NCBI GenBank assembly: GCA_964603615.1
Contig: CAZRVU010000001.1
Location: 1,954-65,953, forward strand
DNA: 64,000 nt
Origin: an uncultured Desulfovibrionaceae bacterium
Lineage (GTDB): Bacteria > Bacillota > Dethiobacteria > DTU022 > UBA8154
Reading direction: 5' to 3'
This document shows positions 56,845 through 64,000 of the stretch, piece by piece (within the stretch, counting starts at the first letter, position 1; every line of letters begins with the position of its first letter). Position numbers and translations under genes: made by a program. The notes beneath the pieces are model-generated. The model searched no databases, was not told where the DNA came from, and worked only from the letters and a program-made list of their open reading frames with translations.

Positions 56845-57741
56845 GTGCCCGGTGCCCCTTTTGCACAGGCTATGTTTAATGGAGTGGCAATCGGTGTTTT
56901 AATCCGCTATTATGTTTTAAAAAGGGATTATCGCCAGTACCCCAGCTATCCCCATGGGGTGCTCACCCACCTTTCCTTAGGTTTTATAGCCGCAGTAATC
57001 GGTTCTATTGCTATTCCGGCTTTGATGGAAAAAGAATTTACCGCGGTTACTTTCTTAGCTTTGGCTGCAACCCAATTCCGGGAAGTCCGGGACATGGAAA
57101 GGGTTATGTTAATAAATCTGGATCAAACCAGTTTGGTTTCCCGGGGGGTTGACTATATTGAGGGGATTGCCAGAATTTTTGAGGCACGCAATTATATTGT
57201 GATGTTTGCCTCACTTTTGGTTGGTGGGGCTACTTATTGGGGGAATATATTTTATGGCTGGCTAGCTGGTTTTCTTGCTTTTTTACTTTCTAGAAAACTG
57301 ATGGGGGGAAAAAGCATCGGGCAGATTGCCAGGGTACGCGAGGGCAAGGTACATTTTCAGGGAGCCAGTTTGTTCGTTGATCATATTCAGCTCATGAATC
57401 TGGGTACTGCCAGAGTCAAGGAAATATTTTTGCAAAGAGCACTGGGGGTAATTATTGAGCCCCTGGATGATAACGGACGGGCAACCTTGGCCAATAATGG
57501 GCAACGGCTGGCTATTGCCTATGATACGGCTGCACTGTTGGGCATTTATAAGGATATAGATACCGGCGAATTCACGCCGGTTCTCCGCAGGGACTTGGAT
57601 ACGGGCAGGGTTGGTATGGTCATCATTCCCCAGGAAAAAGATATAGAGTTTTTGCTGGAGGCTGTGAAAAGAACCCCTGTCTTGGAAAGTGCCTATGTTA
57701 CCCCTTTGCGCACTTTTGTTGGAAGGAAGGTCGCCGACTGA
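56845..57741 (+). CDS. YIEGIA family sporulation membrane protein
   Basis: Contains the literal YIEGIA motif (VDYIEGIARIF); polytopic N-terminus; upstream of der as B. subtilis yphB-yphC. Confidence 0.75.
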   Translation: MPGAPFAQAMFNGVAIGVLIRYYVLKRDYRQYPSYPHGVLTHLSLGFIAAVIGSIAIPALMEKEFTAVTFLALAATQFREVRDMERVMLINLDQTSLVSRGVDYIEGIARIFEARNYIVMFASLLVGGATYWGNIFYGWLAGFLAFLLSRKLMGGKSIGQIARVREGKVHFQGASLFVDHIQLMNLGTARVKEIFLQRALGVIIEPLDDNGRATLANNGQRLAIAYDTAALLGIYKDIDTGEFTPVLRRDLDTGRVGMVIIPQEKDIEFLLEAVKRTPVLESAYVTPLRTFVGRKVAD

Positions 57742-57814
57742 AGGGTTAGGGCCGTAACCGACAAAGGAAGGATAGAGTACAATAGAAATTAATAAATATA
57801 TACTGGCCATTGTG

Positions 57815-57976
57815 ATGCAGGAACAAGTACGGGAAAAGGTGGGTGCGTATGGCGCCCCTGTTTTTTATGCTGAAAGCCAAGCAGAGCAGGATAAAATCGC
57901 CACTTATCTTGCCCGGATTACTTCCGGTGTTGTCCATGATCTGGAAAACGGGATCTTTATTATTGTCCGTCATTAA
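57815..57976 (+). CDS. Candidate 53-aa small protein downstream of the YIEGIA gene
   Basis: ORF MQEQVREKVGAYGAPVFYAESQAEQDKIATYLARITSGVVHDLENGIFIIVRH with protein-like composition; weak RBS; below the ORF-track cutoff. Confidence 0.25.
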   Translation: MQEQVREKVGAYGAPVFYAESQAEQDKIATYLARITSGVVHDLENGIFIIVRH

Positions 57977-58259
57977 ATTATTTTTTATACCCAATTTTTC
58001 ATATGGTGGTTGTAGCAAGGTGAAATGATCATTAAATTAAGCTGGTAACAGCGTTGCTGTCTTGACAGGACGCCCAGTAAAGAGGATAATGAGGAAGAAA
58101 TAATTTCTTCCTTTTTATATTAAAGGAATATTGACAGTTGTCTTATAAAATATTACTAGGTTGAAATATACAGGCTTGCGCCGGACAATAGGCAAAAGGT
58201 GTATCTTGACCCTATTTTCATCATGTTTGTTGCTGCACTGGCCGAGGGAGTGATGATCA

Positions 58260-59594
58260 TTGCCTGTACCGCTGATAGCTTTGGTTGGTCGGCCTAATGT
58301 GGGAAAGTCCACTCTTTTTAACCGCCTTGTTGGTAAAAGAAAGGCGATCGAGGAAAAAATACCCGGGATCACCAGGGATCGCCTTTATGGTCGTTCTAAT
58401 TGGCTAAACAGAGACTTTATCGTTGTCGATACCGGCGGCTTGACTTTTCCCACCGGGGGGAAATTGGAAGCACAGGTCCAAAAACAAGCCTTGCTTGCCC
58501 TGGAAGAAGCTACATTGGTTATTTTTTTAGTGGACGGGCGGGAGGGGCTAACGCCTTTAGATGAGGAAATTGCTGATTTGCTGCGTCGCCAAAAGAAGCC
58601 GGTAATCCTGACTGTGAATAAAATTGAAACAAAAGAGCAAAGCGTTGCTGATTTTTATGGGCTGGGTTTAGATGAGCCTTTGCCTATTTCGGCTGCACAC
58701 GGATTAAATATTGGGGATCTTTTAGATAAAGCGCTTTCCTTTTTCCCGCCCGCCCGGGATCTGGAATTACCACCGGAAGAGGCAATTCGCATTGCCGTGG
58801 TGGGACGCCCCAATGTAGGGAAATCTTCTTTGATCAATGCTTTGCTCGGTGAAGAAAGGGTGATTGTCAGTCAAGAACCAGGGACAACCAGGGACGCGAT
58901 CGATACTTTGGTAGAACATAATGGTAGTAAATACATATTTATTGATACAGCCGGTATCCGGCGCAAAAGTAGAGTTAGTGAAAATATAGAGTATTATAGT
59001 GTTTTACGTTCATTAAAAGCCATAGATGATGCCCACCTTGCTCTTCTTTTGCTGGAGGCCCCAGAGGGTGTTACGGAACAAGATCAAAAAATTGCCGGCT
59101 ATATTTTGGAAAGTGGCAAGGCTTTAATTATTGCCTTACATAAATGGGATTTGATTCAACAGCAGGGTCCGGCAGATCTTAGTCGGGAGATAATTCAAAA
59201 TACCCGGGAAACGCTAAAATTTGTATCTTTTGCCCCGCTGATTTTTACATCCGTTTATGCTCTGCGACAGATAAAAAAAATGTATGAACTTTTCCCCAGG
59301 GTGTATGCCAACTACAGCCGGCGTGTACCAACAGCCTTGCTCAACCATCTTCTCCTCGAAGCCCAGGGTATGAATCCTATTCCCGCGGTAAAAGGAAAAA
59401 AAGGGCGTATCTATTATTGGACGCAATCTTCTGTTATGCCGCCTACTTTTGTTCTTTTTGTCAATAATGCTGCCTTAATACATTTTTCCTACCTACGTTA
59501 TCTGGAAAACCGTTTACGCGAAGCCTTTGATTTTGAGGGAACTTCGTTGAGATTACTGCTAAGAGCCCGCCGCAGGAAAAAGGGGGAAAGGTAA
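58260..59594 (+). CDS. der: Ribosome biogenesis GTPase Der (EngA)
   Basis: Two tandem G domains (GRPNVGKSTL, GRPNVGKSSL) and a KH-like C-terminus. Confidence 0.9.
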   Translation: MPVPLIALVGRPNVGKSTLFNRLVGKRKAIEEKIPGITRDRLYGRSNWLNRDFIVVDTGGLTFPTGGKLEAQVQKQALLALEEATLVIFLVDGREGLTPLDEEIADLLRRQKKPVILTVNKIETKEQSVADFYGLGLDEPLPISAAHGLNIGDLLDKALSFFPPARDLELPPEEAIRIAVVGRPNVGKSSLINALLGEERVIVSQEPGTTRDAIDTLVEHNGSKYIFIDTAGIRRKSRVSENIEYYSVLRSLKAIDDAHLALLLLEAPEGVTEQDQKIAGYILESGKALIIALHKWDLIQQQGPADLSREIIQNTRETLKFVSFAPLIFTSVYALRQIKKMYELFPRVYANYSRRVPTALLNHLLLEAQGMNPIPAVKGKKGRIYYWTQSSVMPPTFVLFVNNAALIHFSYLRYLENRLREAFDFEGTSLRLLLRARRRKKGER

Positions 59595-59596
59595 GA

Positions 59597-60184
59597 TTGG
59601 TATTGTTGATGATAGTTTTTGCTTATCTGCTGGGATCGGTTTCTTTTGGCTACATCATTGCTAAAAAAACAAAGGGGATTGACATCAGAAAAATTGGTAG
59701 TGGCAGTACAGGTGCGACTAACACCTCCAGAGTGCTAGGATTTAATTTTTTTGCCATAGTTTTAGCTCTAGATGCTTTGAAGGGACTCCTTGTGATTCTG
59801 ATTGCTTCTTACCTGTTTACGGAAGACTGGGCCATATTGCTTAGTGGCGCAGCAGTAATCATCGGGCATAACTGGCCGGTTTTTTTTAATTTTCAGGGTG
59901 GAAGGGGTGCTGCTACAACACTGGGTGTTTTTCTGGGAATAACACCCCTGCCTACGCTGGTTGTCTTTGGTATCTTTATCTTGATCGTTCTGCTCACGCG
60001 TTATGTTTCTTTAGGTTCGATGCTGGGTGCCCTTGCCATACCTGTTGCGATTATCATTCTAGGTTATCCCTGGGAATACCTTGTTTTTGGTTTGGCGGTT
60101 TGTCTGCTGCTATTGTGGAGGCATAAACCAAATATCGAAAGGTTGTTAAAAGGGAAAGAACCCCGGTTGGGCGAAAAAACCTAA
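59597..60184 (+). CDS. plsY: Glycerol-3-phosphate acyltransferase PlsY
   Basis: Conserved G3P-binding SGSTGATN motif in a multi-TM protein. Confidence 0.85.
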   Translation: MVLLMIVFAYLLGSVSFGYIIAKKTKGIDIRKIGSGSTGATNTSRVLGFNFFAIVLALDALKGLLVILIASYLFTEDWAILLSGAAVIIGHNWPVFFNFQGGRGAATTLGVFLGITPLPTLVVFGIFILIVLLTRYVSLGSMLGALAIPVAIIILGYPWEYLVFGLAVCLLLLWRHKPNIERLLKGKEPRLGEKT

Positions 60185-60207
60185 AAATGTGACAAATTTT
60201 ATAATAT

Positions 60208-60432
60208 GATTCCACTGCAAAAATTACATTTTGCGGCATAAAACGAAATTTGCTGGGGCGGGAGCTGTAAAAATCAGCCCATGAAGACGCCACAATTTTG
60301 AAGCAAAAATGGCAGGACGCCATTTTTAGGGCCTTTTGAAGAGGACGTTCAATTGGCCGGGCGAAAAATTGTCAGTCGAAGGGATGCTGATTCCAGCGAA
60401 CGCCTTGCAAATAGGGTTTATGTAGTAGAATC
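60208..60432. mobile_element. MITE-like 225-bp element, copy 2 (inverted relative to copy 1), between plsY and gpsA
   Basis: Reverse complement of 3539..3764 with about 12 differences; same TIRs (GATTCCACTGCA ... TGTAGTAGAATC on the + strand); the internal ORF is on the minus strand here and runs on into plsY antisense. Confidence 0.6.
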
Positions 60433-60520
60433 ATTATATCTTTTACTCAAATATTTGCACGAAAGGAGGTGGGGCGGCTTTTTCCCCTGAAAGTCCGGGA
60501 ATCTCCGTCGCCTTGTTTTT

Positions 60521-61528
60521 ATGGATATTGGTCTGATTGGAGCAGGAAGTTGGGGAACAGCCCTGGCAATTCTATTAGGCCGGAAAGGTTTGCCGATCAC
60601 CCTTTGGGTCAGGAGGGCTAGCTTACTGGAGGAGATTACTAGGACGCGCCTTAATAGTATTTACCTGCCAGATGTCTACATACCGGATAATATAGTTTTA
60701 ACCAACGATTTGGAAAAAACTGTGCGCCGGAAAAATTTTATTATTATGTCTGTTCCTTCGCATGCGCTGGCTGGTTTGGTGCACGAGATCAAGGATTTTC
60801 TCGATGAACGTGCTATTATTGTTAATACGGCCAAAGGGTTGGCTGAAGGCCCGGGTATGCGCCTTTCCCAGGTCATAGACAAGCTTGTTCCACGTAACCG
60901 GGTTGCCGTTCTCTCCGGGCCCAATCATGCGGAGGAAGTAAGCCGTTTGTTGCCTACAGCTTCGGTCGTGGCCTCTACAGAACAGGCAGTAGCGGAAAAA
61001 GTGCAGGATATTTTTATGGCTCCTACTTTCCGGGTTTATACCAATCCTGATATTGTCGGAGTAGAGCTGGGTGGAGCCTTAAAAAATATTATTGCTATTG
61101 GTGCGGGTGTCTGTGACGGGTTAGATTATGGAGATAATACCAAGGCGGCTTTGCTTACCAGGGGATTGGTGGAAATTACTCGCTTAGGCTTGGCCCTGGG
61201 GGCACAAAAGGGGACTTTTAGTGGCTTAACAGGAATGGGGGATCTTTTTGTGACCTGTACCAGCCGGTATAGTCGCAACCGTTATGTAGGGATGATGCTG
61301 GGTAAAAATCAATCTTTAAAAGAAATATCTTCTACCATGAAAATGGTTGCTGAGGGAATTAGAACGACCCGCATTGCCTATGAATTGTCCCAAAGTTATG
61401 ATATAAAAATGCCTATTACCAAGGAAATATATGAATTATTATTTTTGGGAAAAGATTCCCGGGAAGCAGTCAAAAATTTAATGCAGCGGCAAAAAACACA
61501 TGAGATCGAGGAGATTGCTTTCGATTAA
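60521..61528 (+). CDS. gpsA: NAD(P)H-dependent glycerol-3-phosphate dehydrogenase
   Basis: N-terminal GAGSWGTA Rossmann motif; size. Confidence 0.9.
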   Translation: MDIGLIGAGSWGTALAILLGRKGLPITLWVRRASLLEEITRTRLNSIYLPDVYIPDNIVLTNDLEKTVRRKNFIIMSVPSHALAGLVHEIKDFLDERAIIVNTAKGLAEGPGMRLSQVIDKLVPRNRVAVLSGPNHAEEVSRLLPTASVVASTEQAVAEKVQDIFMAPTFRVYTNPDIVGVELGGALKNIIAIGAGVCDGLDYGDNTKAALLTRGLVEITRLGLALGAQKGTFSGLTGMGDLFVTCTSRYSRNRYVGMMLGKNQSLKEISSTMKMVAEGIRTTRIAYELSQSYDIKMPITKEIYELLFLGKDSREAVKNLMQRQKTHEIEEIAFD

Positions 61529-61575
61529 GCCTGCAGTACCCCGCAATGAAGAACAGATTTCTTTTTGCTCAGGAT

Positions 61576-61669
61576 GATAAACTGCATTAGTGAATGACAG
61601 TCTGGGATAAACTGCATTTGTGAATGATGGTCTGGGATGAACTATATTTGTGCTTAATTAATAGTCTGG
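61576..61669. repeat. Three tandem ~30-bp direct repeats GAT(A/G)AACT(G/A)(C/T)AT(T)TGTGAATGA(C/T)(A/G)GTCTGG in the gpsA 3' region
   Basis: Units at 61576-61605, 61606-61635 and 61636-61669 (third unit degenerate with an insertion). Confidence 0.5.
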
Positions 61670-61727
61670 TTTGATTAAAAACAAAACGGCAAGGGGCTTT
61701 TCCCTGCCAAAATATAATTTACGGGAT

Positions 61728-61762
61728 GCCTGTCTAAAAAAGAAGACAGGTATTTCTTTGTT
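61728..61762 (+). terminator. Terminator candidate (CCTGTCT-AAAAAAGA-AGACAGG + T-rich tail)
   Basis: 7-bp stem followed by TATTTCTTTGTTT between gpsA and spoIVA. Confidence 0.45.
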
Positions 61763-61766
61763 TATT

Positions 61767-61795
61767 GTAATATTGTCTCTTTATCTTCATATAAA
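61767..61795 (+). promoter_or_regulatory. SigE-type promoter candidate for spoIVA (AATATT - 13 nt - CATATAAAT)
   Basis: Resembles the B. subtilis sigma-E consensus (ATATT ... CATACA-T); spoIVA is sigma-E dependent in Bacillus. Confidence 0.3.
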
Positions 61796-61854
61796 TATAA
61801 CGTTAGTACCTTTCATTGAAGCAATATGCCTGGATAATAAGGAGGGGAGAAGGT

Positions 61855-63330
61855 GTGAAGTCCGATCTTTTTAAAGAAATAATCGAACGAACTGGAGGTG
61901 ATATTTATTTAGGGGTTGTTGGCCCGGTCAGGACGGGAAAATCAACTTTTATACGAAAATTTATGGAAAAACTTGTTCTCCCCAATATTGACGACCCTTT
62001 ACTTCTGGAGAGGACTAAAGATGAACTGCCCCAGGGCAGCGCCGGCAAAACCATCATGACAACTGAACCTAAATTTATTCCGGATGAAGCGATCTCCATT
62101 CAACTGGCAGAAAATATTCAGATGAACGTTAGGTTAGTGGATTGTGTGGGTTATATGGTGCCTGGTGCAATCGGTTACGATGACGAGGGCAAGCAGCGCA
62201 TGGTTTTTACGCCCTGGTTTGAAGATCCCATTCCCTTTGAAGAAGCTGCAGAGACAGGTACCCGTAAGGTGATTCAGGACCACTCCACGGTTGGAATTGT
62301 GGTGACAACTGACGGGACAATAACAGAGATTCCCCGGGAACAATATATTAACGCCGAAACGCAGGTAATTGCTGAACTTAAAGAAATTGGCAAACCGTTT
62401 GTTATCATTCTAAATTCTATCAACCCTTCTTCTACATTTACACTGCAGTTAAAAGAGGAATTAGGCCAAAAATATGAAGTGCCGGTTGTTCCCCTAAATT
62501 GTCTGGAATTAAATGAAGATGATATTAACCTTCTTTTCAAAAAAATTCTTTATGAATTTCCTGTGCAGGAGATCAGCATCAGTTTGCCTTCCTGGGTGGA
62601 GGTGCTAGAAAAAACCCACTGGGTTGTGGAGGAATATACCAAAATTGTCCGGGAACATCTTCTTAGTATCGAACGACTAAGAGACATTGAACCATCCCTG
62701 GAAGAAATAAGGCAACATGAATTGATTGAGGAAGTGTTTGTCCGCAACATAGAACTGGGCCGCGGACTGGCTTCTATTGAAATAACTGCGCCGCAAGGGA
62801 TATATGAAAGGATCCTCTCTGAAATTTGCGGTATAGAAATTGAAGATCAAGCTGATCTTTTAAAAATGATCAAAGATTTTTCTTTTGCCTGGCTGGAATA
62901 CAACAAAATTGCACGGGCGCTTAAAGATGCTGAAACCGTGGGCTATGGCATCGTGCCTCCTCTTTTAGAGGAGATTTATCTAGAAGAACCGGAGATTATC
63001 CGGCAAGGAGGACGTTTCGGTGTCCGTCTACAGGCCAGCGCTCCCTCCTTACACATTATTCGCGTACCGATTAAATCTGAATTTACACCCGTTGTCGGCA
63101 GTGAAAAACAAAGTGAAGAGTTAGTCAATTATCTTATGGATGAATTTGCAGAGAACCCGGAAAAGCTTTGGGAGTCAAATTTATTTGGCAAATCTCTTTA
63201 CGAATTGGTCAAAGACGGTATAAGCAGTAAATTAGAAAACATACCGCCTCATGCCCAGCAAAAATTTCAAGAGACCCTCGGCAGGGTAATTAATGAAGGT
63301 GGTGGTGGGTTAATCGTTGTCATTTTATAA
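61855..63330 (+). CDS. spoIVA: Stage IV sporulation protein A (coat-basement ATPase)
   Basis: GTG start after RBS AAGGAGGGG; N-terminus VKSDLFKEIIERTGGDIYLGVVGPVRTGKSTFI aligns with B. subtilis SpoIVA (Walker A GPVRTGKST). Confidence 0.85.
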   Translation: MKSDLFKEIIERTGGDIYLGVVGPVRTGKSTFIRKFMEKLVLPNIDDPLLLERTKDELPQGSAGKTIMTTEPKFIPDEAISIQLAENIQMNVRLVDCVGYMVPGAIGYDDEGKQRMVFTPWFEDPIPFEEAAETGTRKVIQDHSTVGIVVTTDGTITEIPREQYINAETQVIAELKEIGKPFVIILNSINPSSTFTLQLKEELGQKYEVPVVPLNCLELNEDDINLLFKKILYEFPVQEISISLPSWVEVLEKTHWVVEEYTKIVREHLLSIERLRDIEPSLEEIRQHELIEEVFVRNIELGRGLASIEITAPQGIYERILSEICGIEIEDQADLLKMIKDFSFAWLEYNKIARALKDAETVGYGIVPPLLEEIYLEEPEIIRQGGRFGVRLQASAPSLHIIRVPIKSEFTPVVGSEKQSEELVNYLMDEFAENPEKLWESNLFGKSLYELVKDGISSKLENIPPHAQQKFQETLGRVINEGGGGLIVVIL

Positions 63331-63708
63331 AACCTACAGGAGATGAAGATGCAGTCAGCTTTAAAGAGTACAAGATAATCTCTTTGGCAGGTAATTGTCC
63401 TGTTAGCATCACTTTATTTTTACGCATTTGTCTTTCTTAAGATCATGTTTGTGTTTTGCCCTGATTAGTAGCTTTAGAAGTAAAGAAGCACTTCTTCTAG
63501 CATGGAGGTGCTTTTTTATTCATTTTTTCCTGGTCGGGACAAACTTTGAAACTTGGCTTTTAGCCAAGGATTTTTGTATAATTGTAGAGGATATTGCTTT
63601 TATTAATCTTTAATGTTAAGGTTAAAAACAACAAACAGTTTAAACCGTCTATATAAAGTAAGGGATGATAATAAATGGCCAGGATAATTTTAGAGGAGGT
63701 AATAAACA

Positions 63709-64000
63709 ATGAATGGTAATATGAAAAAAATATGGGTTTTCTTTCTACTTTTGGGCCTAGTTTTGATAACAGGTAGCTGCAGGCCTCCCGATAACCCTGT
63801 CAAACCGGAACAAATGGAAGAAAAACAGGGGGCTTTACCCGACTATGAAATTATTACGGATACAGAGCGGTTGCCGGCAGAAGTAAAAAGTATGGCTGAC
63901 TTTTTAAAAAGTGAACGGGGGTATTTTGTTTTTACTCCCAGTAAGTATGCTACCGGGGAAGATAGCTATCTTTTCATTTCCTCCGGGGAGAAACCCACTG
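63709..64000 (+). CDS. Lipoprotein (5' partial in window; continues beyond the window end)
   Basis: RBS AGAGGAGG; signal peptide with lipobox LITGSC (MKKIWVFFLLLGLVLITGSC); no stop before the window end. Confidence 0.5.
   Translation, partial: MNGNMKKIWVFFLLLGLVLITGSCRPPDNPVKPEQMEEKQGALPDYEIITDTERLPAEVKSMADFLKSERGYFVFTPSKYATGEDSYLFISSGEKPT

Noticed and set aside
61576-61669. Possible CRISPR array
   Set aside because: Repeats are directly tandem with no unique spacers, only three units and no cas genes; the other repeat clusters (42029.., 45121..) also lack CRISPR repeat/spacer architecture.

Overview
All genes in this window lie on the + strand, and the window reads as a conserved, sporulation-rich core chromosomal segment of an endospore-forming Firmicute (probably a clostridial/Peptococcaceae-type genome). 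Its gene order closely mirrors the Bacillus subtilis efp - spoIIIA - nusB - folD - xseAB - ispA - dxs - tlyA - recN - spoIVB - spo0A ... spoIIM - xerD - deoB - pdp - dacF - spoIIAA/AB - sigF - spoVA ... trpS - scpAB - dacB - spmAB ... cmk - rpsA(fused to ispH) - YIEGIA - der - plsY - gpsA - spoIVA region. I found no transposase, phage or classical defence genes. The most unusual features are: (1) a ~226-bp element with 12-bp terminal inverted repeats (MITE-like) present twice at ~95% identity in inverted orientation, once inside the spoIIIA operon between spoIIIAC and spoIIIAD and once between plsY and gpsA, so the two copies bracket ~56.7 kb; (2) three tandem folD paralogs downstream of nfnAB, two of them with substitutions in canonical FolD catalytic/cofactor motifs; (3) a ~190-nt long imperfect hairpin (6S-RNA-like) between xseB and ispA, followed by a ~600-800 bp GC-rich apparently non-coding block between ispA and a DUF21 membrane gene; (4) several phased or tandem repeat arrays (TTCCCTGGAA sites upstream of a CCA/PAP-family gene, ~30-bp triple tandem repeats downstream of gpsA, 34-bp GC-rich direct repeats between trpS and scpA); and (5) an extreme poly-Asp zinc-ribbon protein between efp and spoIIIAA. 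Other points of note are a steA/steB-like pair plus GT2/GT4-like/DUF3866-like genes downstream of spo0A, a dodecin gene and a small hydrophobic sORF between sigF and a minimal spoVAC-AD-AEb cluster, and an IspH-S1 fusion. Gene calls rest on recognisable motifs and synteny, and start codons were adjusted where RBS and homology logic allowed. All RNA, promoter and repeat calls are sequence-pattern inferences that need computational or experimental confirmation.
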